Source of the DNA: an uncultured Chloroflexia bacterium
GTDB taxonomy: Bacteria; Chloroflexota; Anaerolineae; Anaerolineales; Anaerolineaceae
NCBI GenBank assembly: GCA_963843535.1
Contig: CAWJKU010000003.1
Location: forward strand, 192,156-256,155
Direction: 5' to 3'
Length of the DNA stretch: 64,000 nucleotides
Below the pieces are notes generated by a model. The model did not search any database. It saw nothing but the letters and a program-made list of their open reading frames with translations, and was not told the origin of the DNA. Positions within the stretch are counted from its first letter, which is position 1. Each line of letters begins with the position of its first letter. Below, one piece after another: positions 21,967 to 30,918 of the stretch. The translations under genes were made by a program, and so were the position numbers.

Positions 21967-22434
21967 CTACAGCCGGTAGTGAGAGAAAGCGCGGTTGGCT
22001 TCAGCCATTTTATGAGTCTCTTCGCGTTTCCGGACCGAAGTGCCCTGGTTATTGTAGGCATCCAGCAGTTCGCCCGACAGCTTCTCGGCAAATGATTTGC
22101 CGGCGCGGGCTTTGGAAGCAGTGATAATCCAGCGCATTGCCAGAGTCATCCGGCGCGATGAAGGAACTTCCATGGGAACCTGGTAAGTTGCGCCACCCAC
22201 ACGGCGGGGGCGAACTTCCATCACGGGACCCACATTCCTGAGGGCCTGTTCAAAAACGTCGATGGGGTTCTTCCCGGTCTTTTCTGCCATGATGTCAAAC
22301 GCATCGTAGATAGACGAAGTGGCAACACTTTTCTTGCCGCGCCGCATGATGCGATTTATAAATGAGGTTACGACGGTGCTTTGATAGCGCACGTCCGGGG
22401 TAATTTCCCGTTCTTCAGGTTTCGACCTTCGCAT
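21967..22434 (-). CDS. rpsG: 30S ribosomal protein S7 (uS7)
   Basis: 155 aa, ...GKKSVA..I...A......PRRVGGATYQVP.EV...R. Confidence 0.96.
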   Translation of the reverse strand: MRRSKPEEREITPDVRYQSTVVTSFINRIMRRGKKSVATSSIYDAFDIMAEKTGKNPIDVFEQALRNVGPVMEVRPRRVGGATYQVPMEVPSSRRMTLAMRWIITASKARAGKSFAEKLSGELLDAYNNQGTSVRKREETHKMAEANRAFSHYRL

Positions 22435-22462
22435 GCATTTACTCCATCAAATGGATCTGAAA

Positions 22463-22882
22463 TTAGGACTTGGGACGCTTTGAGCCGTATTTTGAGCGGC
22501 TCTGAGAGCGTTTGGCAACACCGGTCGTATCCAGCGTACCGCGAACAATGTGGTAGCGGACACCGGGCAGATCCTTAACACGACCTCCGCGCACCAGCAC
22601 CACCGAGTGTTCCTGCAGTGCGTGACCTTCACCTGGAATATAGGCAGTCACTTCAATACCGTTGGTCAGGCGCACGCGGGCGATCTTGCGCAGCGCAGAA
22701 TTCGGCTTCTTGGGGGTCATCGTACGGACCACGGTGCACACGCCGCGTTTTTGCGGCGCGCCGGTATCCTGGCGAATACGGCGCTGTTTGTACGAATTGA
22801 GCGTGTACAGCAGCGCAGGCGCATTGCTCTTGATCTTTTTCGATTGGCGACCTTTTCGGACCAATTGGTTAATTGTGGGCAC
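22463..22882 (-). CDS. rpsL: 30S ribosomal protein S12 (uS12)
   Basis: [12 protein letters not shown]...[33 protein letters not shown]-like core. Confidence 0.97.
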   Translation of the reverse strand: MPTINQLVRKGRQSKKIKSNAPALLYTLNSYKQRRIRQDTGAPQKRGVCTVVRTMTPKKPNSALRKIARVRLTNGIEVTAYIPGEGHALQEHSVVLVRGGRVKDLPGVRYHIVRGTLDTTGVAKRSQSRSKYGSKRPKS

Positions 22883-23021
22883 TTTCTTTTGCCTCCGTCA
22901 GATATCCTGGGCGTTCTACGCCGCATTTATCAATTCTTTTGCCAAACTCTATTGAGTTTTGCATGATTTCTTATGCAATGGGCACGATATGCCTACCCCT
23001 AGCGGGGCACAACGAGGAAAG

Positions 23022-23050
23022 ATTGTATCACACGCCTATCTTACCGTCAA
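23022..23050 (-). promoter_or_regulatory. Predicted sigma-70-type promoter of the str/S10/spc array
   Basis: Minus strand reads TTGACG (23050-23045), a 17-nt spacer, then TACAAT (23027-23022), about 140 nt upstream of rpsL. Confidence 0.55.
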
Positions 23051-23145
23051 GCTGTCTGACACTCTTCCTTTCAAATTTCAATCTTCTGCCGTCGAAATAC
23101 ACCAGCATAATTTCTTCTACAAATTAGTTGACCGCAGCGCCTTTG

Positions 23146-23207
23146 ACAAAAATTCACCGCCGCCAGGAATTAAGGTCCAGAGATGCAACCACGCCGGCGG
23201 CGGTGAA
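23146..23207 (-). terminator. Predicted intrinsic terminator after rpoB
   Basis: Exact 12-bp arms ttcaccgccgcc (23153-23164) and ggcggcggtgaa (23196-23207). On the minus strand they are followed by TTTTTG, 25 nt after the rpoB stop. Confidence 0.6.
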
Positions 23208-23231
23208 GCGATGACGGTGAATTGTCGAGGA

Positions 23232-26200
23232 TCAGGATAGGCGGTCCAGTTCCTCGCCCAGGCCTAACAGGCCGGTCTCAAGTTTGGGTGGGCGCACTCG
23301 CTCTTCATCTTTGCCAAAGCGAATCACCTCGCCGCTGTCCATGACGGCCTCGACTGCCAGGCCCAGACTTTGCAGTTCTTTTACCAGGACCCGGAAGGAT
23401 GCCGGTAGACTGGGCTCTTCGATCGATTCGCCCTTTACAATGGCTTCGTAGGTATTTACCCGGCCTTGCACATCGTCCGATTTCACGGTGAGCATTTCTT
23501 GCAAGGTATAAGCCGCGCCGTATGCTTCCAGGGCCCACACTTCCATCTCTCCAAACCGCTGCCCGCCAAACTGTGCTTTGCCGCCCAACGGCTGCTGGGT
23601 CACCAGGCTGTACGGTCCGGTAGACCGGGCATGCACCTTGTCTTCCACCAGATGGTGAAGTTTGAGCATGGTCATTACCCCGACGGTAACTGGTTGATCA
23701 TACGGCTGACCGCTCTTGCCATCTCGTAAGACCTGCTTGCCCAAAATTGGCATGGGGTTGCCGGTCATCTCGGTCTGTTTTTCAGCCCGAGCATGGATTT
23801 CTTTGTCAGTCATGCCTTCTACATCGACTTCATGCCGCTTTTTGAGCCACATACGCAGCGCGGTGTGAATGGCATAATTATCGTGCTGCTCCATCTCGGC
23901 GCGTGTGAGAGATGGGTTATTGAATACCTGGGCAGGGTCAAATCCACCTTCGATCAACCATTCGCGCAGAACTGATTCACGGGAATATGCCGGATCGGAT
24001 GAAAGCTTGTAAATATCATAGCCCTTCTCACCCAACCATTGTTCCATATACAACATGCGGACTTCATCATCATCCTTGATGGTGGTCGGATCGTATTCCT
24101 GTTCTTTTAGCCAGTTCCAGGCATTCTGGGCTATATCCATCCAGGCCAGATCGGTCAGGTAAGCCCGGCCGAGTTCGGCTTCAATTTCTTCCTCGGTGGC
24201 GCCATCAAAAACTGGGGTCAAAGCTCTGAAACCCAGATGGCGCGCGGCCCAACCCAGATGTGTCTCCAGAACCTGGCCTATATTCATACGACCGGGTACG
24301 CCCAACGGGTTAAGGATGATATCAACTGGGGTGCCATCCTCAAGGAACGGCATATCTTCTTCCGCCACCACGCGAGAAACCACACCCTTATTGCCATGCC
24401 GCCCGGCCATTTTGTCGCCTGCGGTGATCTTGCGGCGCTGTGCGACGGAAACGCGCACCATCATGTCCACGCCTGCAGCCAGGTCGGTATTATCTTCTCG
24501 AGTAAAGACTTTGACGTCTACCACCTTGCCCCGTTCACCGTGCGGCATGCGCAGCGAGGTGTCTTTTACGTCCCTGGATTTCTCGCCAAAGATGGCGCGC
24601 AGCAGGCGTTCTTCGGGCGTCAATTCTTTCTCACCTTTGGGAGTAATCTTCCCAACCAAAATGTCGTTCGGGCCGACTTCCGCGCCGATGCGAATAATAC
24701 CGTGTTCGTCCAGATCCTTGATCGCGTCTTCACCAACGTTGGGTATGTCGCGGGTAATTTCTTCAGGACCCAGCTTGGTGTCACGAGCTTCCACTTCATA
24801 TTTTTCAATATGAACCGAAGTAAATTTATCGTCCTGGACTAGCTTTTCGGAGATCAGGATGGCGTCTTCGAAGTTGCCGCCTTCCCATGAAACGAAGGCT
24901 ACCACCACGTTCTGGCCCAAAGCCAGTTTACCTTGCACCGTGGAAGATGAATCGGCCAGGATATCCTGGCGATGGACGCGCTGTCCCTTAATCACTGCGG
25001 GGCGCTGGTCGATGCACGTGCTCTGGTTTGAGCGCTGGTATTTGCGCAGGTGATAGGTGCGCACGGCTCCACTGTTATTGCGTACGGCAACCGCATTGCC
25101 GGTGACCGAGACAACCTGCCCGTCTTCTTCGGCGATCATCACCTGACCCGAATCAATCGCGGCATAGGCTTCCATGCCGGTCGAAATGAGCGGGATATCG
25201 GGTTGGATCAGCGGAACAGCCTGAGCCATCATGTTTGAGCCCATCAAGGCCCGGTTGGCATCATCATGCTCCAGGAAGGGGATCAAAGAAGCGCTGACGC
25301 CCACTACCTGGTGCGGCGCCACATCCATATAATTGACGCTGTCAGGGCCTGAGATCGTAAAATCTGAATGGTGCCGGCAGGAAATTCGTTCAAAGGCAAA
25401 CTCGTTGAGATCGGTGAGTTCGGAATTGGCCTGGGCGATAACAAACTTATCCTCTGCATCCGCCGAAAGATATTCAACTTCATTGGATACAAACGGGGCC
25501 ACGAAGATCGAGCTCTTATTCAATTTAACAATCGCCGGCAGCATTTCTTTCGTTACCCGCTCACCCTGTCTGGCGATGACTTCGCCAGTTTCAGAATCGG
25601 TCAGTGTTTCACGCAGCAGCCGGGTTTCCAGGCGGGGATCATCAGAAGATAATACCTTTACCACTCGCCGGTATGGGGTTTCAATGAAACCATATTCATT
25701 CACCCGGGCAAAACTTGCCAGGCGGCCGATCAAACCAATGTTCGGACCTTCTGGCGTTTCGATCGGGCAAATACGGCCATAATGAGAATGGTGCACGTCA
25801 CGCACATCGAACCCGGCCCGCTCGCGGCGCAATCCGCCAGGACCAAGAGCCGAAAGGGTGCGCTTGTGGCGCAGCTCAGCCAGCGGGTTCGTCTGGTCCA
25901 TGAACTGTGAAAGCTGGCTGGAGCCAAAGAATTCACGCAGCGCGGCTACTACCGGGCGAATGTTTACCAGGCTGACCGGAGAAATGGTATCCTGGTCGCG
26001 GATCGACATGCGCTCTTTGATCACCCGCTCCATGCGGCGCAAACCAATGCGCAGCTTGTTCTGGATAAGCTCGCCGACCGTCTTTACCCGGCGGTTGCCG
26101 AGGTGGTCGATATCATCTTTATCTTCGACTTCATTATTAATCTGGATCATGCGCTTGATCAGAAACACGATATCCCAGCGGCTGACCGTGCGGTGTGAAA

Positions 26201-27150
26201 CCGGGATCTTATCGGTCAAATCCAGTTTCTGGTTCAGCTTATACCGCCCGACCCGTTCCAAATCATAATGGCGCTGATCGAACAGCTGCTCCTCAAGGAA
26301 CTGCTTGGCATTTTCCAGCGTAGCCGGATCGCCTGGGCGCATGCGCTTGAAGAACTCCATCAATGCCACCTGGGCAATCGTGTAATTGCCGGTCAAATCC
26401 CAGGCAGGTTCCTGGCGCAAGGTGGAGGGGATGAATAAACGATCGGGATTGTTATCAACATCCTGGAAGAGGGCGATCAATTCTTCATCACTGCCCTCTT
26501 TAATCGGCGAATCGCTCCGACCGTCATCAATTGCTGCCAGGGCGCGTAAGAAATATCGTAATCGGCACCGTGCGCTTGCGGTTGAATTTGAGAATCAGGT
26601 AATCATTCTTACGGGTTTCAAATTCCATCCAGGCGCCGCGGTCTGGGATCAACTTGGCCATCGCCAGACGACGACCAGTCGCACGGTCCACCGGGGCTTC
26701 AAAATAGACACCCGGGGAACGAATCAGCTGCGATACGACCACCCGTTCCGTACCATTAATAATGAAAGTGCCTTTCTCGGTCATTTCCGGGAAATCGCCC
26801 AGGAAAATGTCCTGGCGAATGGGCTCCGGAACTTCAGATCCGGCTAACAATACCGACACATACATTGGGCTGGCATAGGTCAAATCACGTTCGACGCATT
26901 CATCAATGGAATGCTTGGGTTCACCAAACCAGTATTTCAGCCCCCACTGTTGTGATTCGGGTGTCTTGCTGGGGAAGAAAAGCTTCATACCTTTGTTGTA
27001 TGATTCTATGGGGGAAATTTCGTTGAGCAGATCCCCCAGCCCCTCCGATTTAAGCCGCCGGAATGAATCCAGCTGGACCTCAATCAGATCAGGCATATTG
27101 AAAATTACAGGAATTCGAGCGTAGGTCTTGGTCGGAAGAACTGAAGCCAT
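23232..27150 (-). CDS. rpoB: DNA-directed RNA polymerase subunit beta, interrupted by a 1-nt frameshift near 26550
   Basis: N-terminal 207-aa ORF (27150-26527, ...[13 protein letters not shown] then TRPGSN*) and 1082-aa ORF (to 23232) are consecutive parts of beta. The second frame already reads [28 protein letters not shown] upstream of its listed start. Confidence 0.9.
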
Positions 27151-27239
27151 TGGTTTCTCCTAAAAAATCACAACCTGGCCGATAAAACTGGTCAAAATAC
27201 CTGCGCATTAGCAGATAGGCCTATAAGACGCAATTTTGC

Positions 27240-27268
27240 ATTATAACAATCCATGAAGGAAAAATCAA
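27240..27268 (-). promoter_or_regulatory. Predicted promoter of rpoB
   Basis: Minus strand reads TTGATT (27268-27263), a 17-nt spacer, then TATAAT (27245-27240), about 90 nt upstream of the rpoB ATG. Confidence 0.55.
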
Positions 27269-27286
27269 GTTAATTTAAGAATTCTC

Positions 27287-27892
27287 TTAATCTTTTCGAA
27301 CCCATTGTCCATTTTCCAACTGAAATCCTGTGAGTGCGATGACTTTCGCGGTCACATTTCCATCCGAGAAAATATCCAAAATCCCCCAGCTGGGATTTTT
27401 TCCGCGCTTACTGCCAAATCCTGCCGAACCCGGATTGAATAACAACTGGCCGTTATCCCAGATGATTTCCGGATGATGGGTATGCCCAAACACGATCACC
27501 TTTGCCCCCTGCCCTGCTCGCTTTAACAGCGAACGGTAGCGTTTGAACCGGTAGCCTTGAAATATATAAAACCATTTATCCACGAAATAGTTCAGCCATG
27601 AACCATGCCCGTGCATCAAAGCTACACTTACGCCGGCCAGATCGAGACGATTGACGCCGCGACCTTTCCGGCGCAAAGGCCAATCCCGGTTGCCGAGCGC
27701 TATTTCTACCGGGGCAATTTTCGCCAGCGTTTCGAGCACTGCCAGCGTTGAAACATCCCCCGCGTGTAAAATGCAATCTGGTCGCGCGGCTTGTAGAGCC
27801 GGGATAAGACCCGGATGAATCTCGTTTGCCCGATCGGGAACATGCGTGTCTGCGACAATGCCTGCGCGATAAATGGGGAGGGGTGTTTCTAT
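27287..27892 (-). CDS. YfcE-like metallophosphoesterase (start codon uncertain, possibly ATA)
   Basis: Track ORF starts at GTG 27739, but the same frame stays open upstream and encodes motif I: IETPLPIYRAGIVADTHVPDRA. Later motifs are GNRD, MHGHG and GHTHHPE. No ATG/GTG/TTG lies upstream of motif I. AAGGAG sits 8 nt before ATA 27892-27890. Confidence 0.7.
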   Translation of the reverse strand: METPLPIYRAGIVADTHVPDRANEIHPGLIPALQAARPDCILHAGDVSTLAVLETLAKIAPVEIALGNRDWPLRRKGRGVNRLDLAGVSVALMHGHGSWLNYFVDKWFYIFQGYRFKRYRSLLKRAGQGAKVIVFGHTHHPEIIWDNGQLLFNPGSAGFGSKRGKNPSWGILDIFSDGNVTAKVIALTGFQLENGQWVRKD

Positions 27893-28506
27893 GCGAAAAG
27901 CTCCTTCAATTCGTCACGAACCTGCTGCGAACTGCGAAAATGGATCGCATGCATGCCGACCGCGCGCGCGCCTTCGACATTTTCAATAAAATCATCGACA
28001 AAAACCCCGGATTGCGGCTCAATTCCCAGCCGGTCGAGCATCAAACGATAAATCTGGGGATTGGGCTTTGCCATCCCAACTTCAGCGGAATAAATGGTTA
28101 CATCAAACAGGTCATAAAAATGCGGGAAGCGTCTCGCCAGGCTGGCCCTGGTTTCGGGATAAGCATTGGAAAGCAGGCCGACTCGATATCTCGGTTTTAA
28201 CTGCATGGTGAAGGTATACAAATCTTCATCGAACTTATCGCAGGAGTAAAAGGTATCGATAAATTCTGCCATCTTTTCAGCCGGAATATTGAGCTTTTTT
28301 TGTACATATTTCCAGGAATCGGCTTCCGTAGCCTGCCCGATCGAGGCTTGTACGGCAACCTCGTTCCCAAAAAACAGGTTCTCCAGATCCAGATAAGACA
28401 TGCCGTACGGCGCAGCTAACCTTCCGCGGATCGATGGGTCCATATTGCGGACCAGAACTCCCCCCATATCCCAGATTAATGCCCGGTAATGGTTCGGTAT
28501 GATCAT
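27889..28506 (-). CDS. HAD-superfamily hydrolase
   Basis: 205 aa. IWDMGGVLV (motif I), GLLSNA, VFVDDFIENVEGA (motif IV). Confidence 0.8.
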   Translation of the reverse strand: MIIPNHYRALIWDMGGVLVRNMDPSIRGRLAAPYGMSYLDLENLFFGNEVAVQASIGQATEADSWKYVQKKLNIPAEKMAEFIDTFYSCDKFDEDLYTFTMQLKPRYRVGLLSNAYPETRASLARRFPHFYDLFDVTIYSAEVGMAKPNPQIYRLMLDRLGIEPQSGVFVDDFIENVEGARAVGMHAIHFRSSQQVRDELKELFA

Positions 28507-28604
28507 TTATATTGCCTCCGGGTGAAATCGCTGGCAAATTGTATCATAGATCAAATTGGATTCTAAAATCACGAGCAAGAATTGTCTCACTCGTTTAATT
28601 TAAA

Positions 28605-28841
28605 GAGGCTGTCTCAAAACTCCACCCCCACCCCGACCCGCCACCTCACACCCCTTCGGGTGGCCGAAGCGGCGGGGGCGGGAGAAAGAGGAAGTGGGGA
28701 GTTTTGGCCGCATTTTGCGGCCAAAACTCCCCAAACCTCTGAATTTCACCCCCTTCCCGCCCTCGCGCTGCGCGCTGAAGGACAGCTGGGAAGGGGGTTA
28801 GGGGGATGGGTCTTAGAAAAATCTTCTTTTAGGACAGCCCC
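28605..28841. repeat. Structured GC-rich intergenic element with imperfect inverted termini and several internal hairpins
   Basis: Termini gaggctgtctcaaaac (28605-28620) and cttttaggacagcccc (28826-28841) match 12/16 as inverted repeats. There is a perfect 16-bp hairpin ggggagttttggccgc/gcggccaaaactcccc (28696-28732) and a 10-bp hairpin cccccttccc/gggaaggggg (28749-28797) followed by ttagggggatgggt. Confidence 0.8.
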
Positions 28842-28852
28842 AGATAGCGATT

Positions 28853-29866
28853 CTACTTCATCTCTTTACGCCAGTTGGACGAACGGCGCACCGGGCGATA
28901 ACCCATGCTTTCATACAGGCGCAATGCCCCCGATAAGTTCTGCGTATCAACTCCCAGGCAGGCTTCATTCATCCCCTTTTCTTTTAATAGGGATAAACTC
29001 CGGGCGATAAGCGCTTTCGCGAGACCTTTTCCACGCCACGGTCGCCTGACGCAGATATTCTCGGTCCATCCGCGCTTGCGCTGGTATTCAACATTCTCCA
29101 GTTCATCGATAAACGACAAAACCATCCCTGCCACTTCATTCCCGTCCCAGGCCACCTGCCACAATTCGGGCTGCTGGTTGCGGCGATCGATCCAGGCTTC
29201 ATAAGGTTCTCCATCCGGATCGTACCCCCAATGATCGCGGAAAGCCTCGTCGCTGGCCTGCCAGATCTGGTGATACTGTTCAGGTTTCGCCGGACGGATA
29301 TCAACGCCAGGTGGAAGTGCTAGAACAGGTATATTTTCAAGATCTGGCCGCACCATGATATTGAAATGGCGTATGGGTTGGTAGCCTTCGGCCGTCAACA
29401 ATGCCGCAGCACCTATCTCGCTGTCGCTGCAGAATGCTTCAAAGAAACGAGGGCCATCCTGCGGGTGTTTCGCGGCGGCCTGGAGCAGATGTTCCTGGTT
29501 CCAATGCAGCATCGCCCTGCCTATGCCCTTGCGCCGCCAATTGGGATGCAAATAGCCAAAGCTGACGTAGATCCGTTCCTGGCTCGATTCTACCCGGTAC
29601 CAGAATGTACGGCTGTAAGCGATCATTTCACCATACATTTCGGCAATTAAGACATCCTGGTACGGGTCGCAATTCACCAGGTGGCTGTAAGAGCGCCGGA
29701 TATCCTCTACAGTATCCGCTCTTTCAATTTTATCGATGGTCTTGCTGGCATGGATGATCCCGACCATGCCGGAAAAATCATCGTCACCGGAAAATAATCG
29801 AAACCGCAGCCCAGGAACGGCAGGGGCCTCGCTCAATACAATTTCCTTTTGCAAAATAGTATCCAT
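28853..29866 (-). CDS. Tandem-domain GNAT N-acetyltransferase (MshD-like architecture)
   Basis: 337 aa, two acetyltransferase halves (HPNWRRKGIGRAML; VRRPWRGKGLAKALI...CLGVDTQNLSGALRLYESMGY). Paralog of the upstream gene. Confidence 0.8.
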   Translation of the reverse strand: MDTILQKEIVLSEAPAVPGLRFRLFSGDDDFSGMVGIIHASKTIDKIERADTVEDIRRSYSHLVNCDPYQDVLIAEMYGEMIAYSRTFWYRVESSQERIYVSFGYLHPNWRRKGIGRAMLHWNQEHLLQAAAKHPQDGPRFFEAFCSDSEIGAAALLTAEGYQPIRHFNIMVRPDLENIPVLALPPGVDIRPAKPEQYHQIWQASDEAFRDHWGYDPDGEPYEAWIDRRNQQPELWQVAWDGNEVAGMVLSFIDELENVEYQRKRGWTENICVRRPWRGKGLAKALIARSLSLLKEKGMNEACLGVDTQNLSGALRLYESMGYRPVRRSSNWRKEMK

Positions 29867-29874
29867 TTTTTCTC

Positions 29875-30918
29875 CTACGGATGCAGTGCGCTTGTAGTGA
29901 TGTCAACACCTTCGCGCAGCACTTTCTGAAATGAATGCAGGTTCCTGGCAACATGCATGCCGGCTTTTTCATACAGGGCTAATGCCCCAGTCAGGTTGGT
30001 GGCATCCACGCCCAGTCCGGCCCGCTTCTTCCCACGCCGGTAAAATTCGGCAAATGCTTGCTGCAGCAAGGCCAAACCGAGCCCATTTTTCCGGTGTTTT
30101 CGCAGCACGCCCAGCATATTTACCCAACCCATCTGCGGGTCCTCCGTTCGCTCAGACATACACAGGCAACCGCCGGCGATTTCACCATCTTTGACAGCGA
30201 TATACCACAGCGAAGGATCCATGTTCTTAATATTTTCAGCCCAATGCAGCCAGCGTTCGAGGTAATTTTCGAATGGCTCGTCCACAAAACCCCAATGATC
30301 CTTGAATGATTCCCATAAAACGCGGATCATTTCCCGGCGTTCATCCTCCCCATGGTAAGGGCGAATCTCGTAGCCGACCGGAATCTCAGGAAGGGCGGGC
30401 TCCTGGTCCAAATCGATGTGCATATGATAGAAATTGCGCACCAGCTTGAAACCGTGATCCTGTATGAAAGCTATGTTCTTTTTCATGCGCGAATCTTCGC
30501 CCTGCTGCAAGACGACCAAAGTTCCTGGTGGGGAAACCGTCAAAGCGCTCTGGGCACGCTGTTCTACCCATGCCAGCAGGTAGCTGTCAATTCCCAAATC
30601 TTCATAATCGGGATGAACCAAAATTTCGATATTGAAGCGGACATGCGGCTCGACAATATCCCAGAATTCACCATACCCGACCATTTTCTGCTGTTCGTTA
30701 AAAACAACGCAGGAATCAGTGTCGAGGTTAAAGCCGGGTGTCTGCCAGAATACCAGGTCATCCTCCAAGTTCTCGGTATTAACACCCAAATACTTCTGGG
30801 TAAACGTGTTGAACAATTCCACCGCCTGGGCTGCATCATCCAGGCACATTGACCGGCTGGTGAAATTTGGGGGTAAACGGTATGTAGTGATCGTCTCGAT
30901 TTCCATAGTGTTATCCAT
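29875..30918 (-). CDS. Tandem-domain GNAT N-acetyltransferase (MshD-like architecture)
   Basis: 347 aa. VLRKHRKNGLGLALLQQAF...GLGVDATNLTGALALYEKAGM. The start overlaps the permease stop by 8 nt. Confidence 0.8.
   Translation of the reverse strand: MDNTMEIETITTYRLPPNFTSRSMCLDDAAQAVELFNTFTQKYLGVNTENLEDDLVFWQTPGFNLDTDSCVVFNEQQKMVGYGEFWDIVEPHVRFNIEILVHPDYEDLGIDSYLLAWVEQRAQSALTVSPPGTLVVLQQGEDSRMKKNIAFIQDHGFKLVRNFYHMHIDLDQEPALPEIPVGYEIRPYHGEDERREMIRVLWESFKDHWGFVDEPFENYLERWLHWAENIKNMDPSLWYIAVKDGEIAGGCLCMSERTEDPQMGWVNMLGVLRKHRKNGLGLALLQQAFAEFYRRGKKRAGLGVDATNLTGALALYEKAGMHVARNLHSFQKVLREGVDITTSALHP

Noticed and set aside
24196-24842. About 200-aa plus-strand ORFs antisense to rpoB, and similar ones across the r-protein genes (for example 9933-10355 and 17592-18188)
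   Set aside because: They are shadow ORFs opposite highly conserved genes in GC-rich DNA. They have no SD or start context and no recognisable motifs.
28582-29010. 142-aa plus-strand ORF spanning the GC-rich repeat element
   Set aside because: The translation is low-complexity (PTPTRH..., GAGERGSGE...), a by-product of the hairpin repeats. Its 3' half is antisense to the well-supported GNAT gene.
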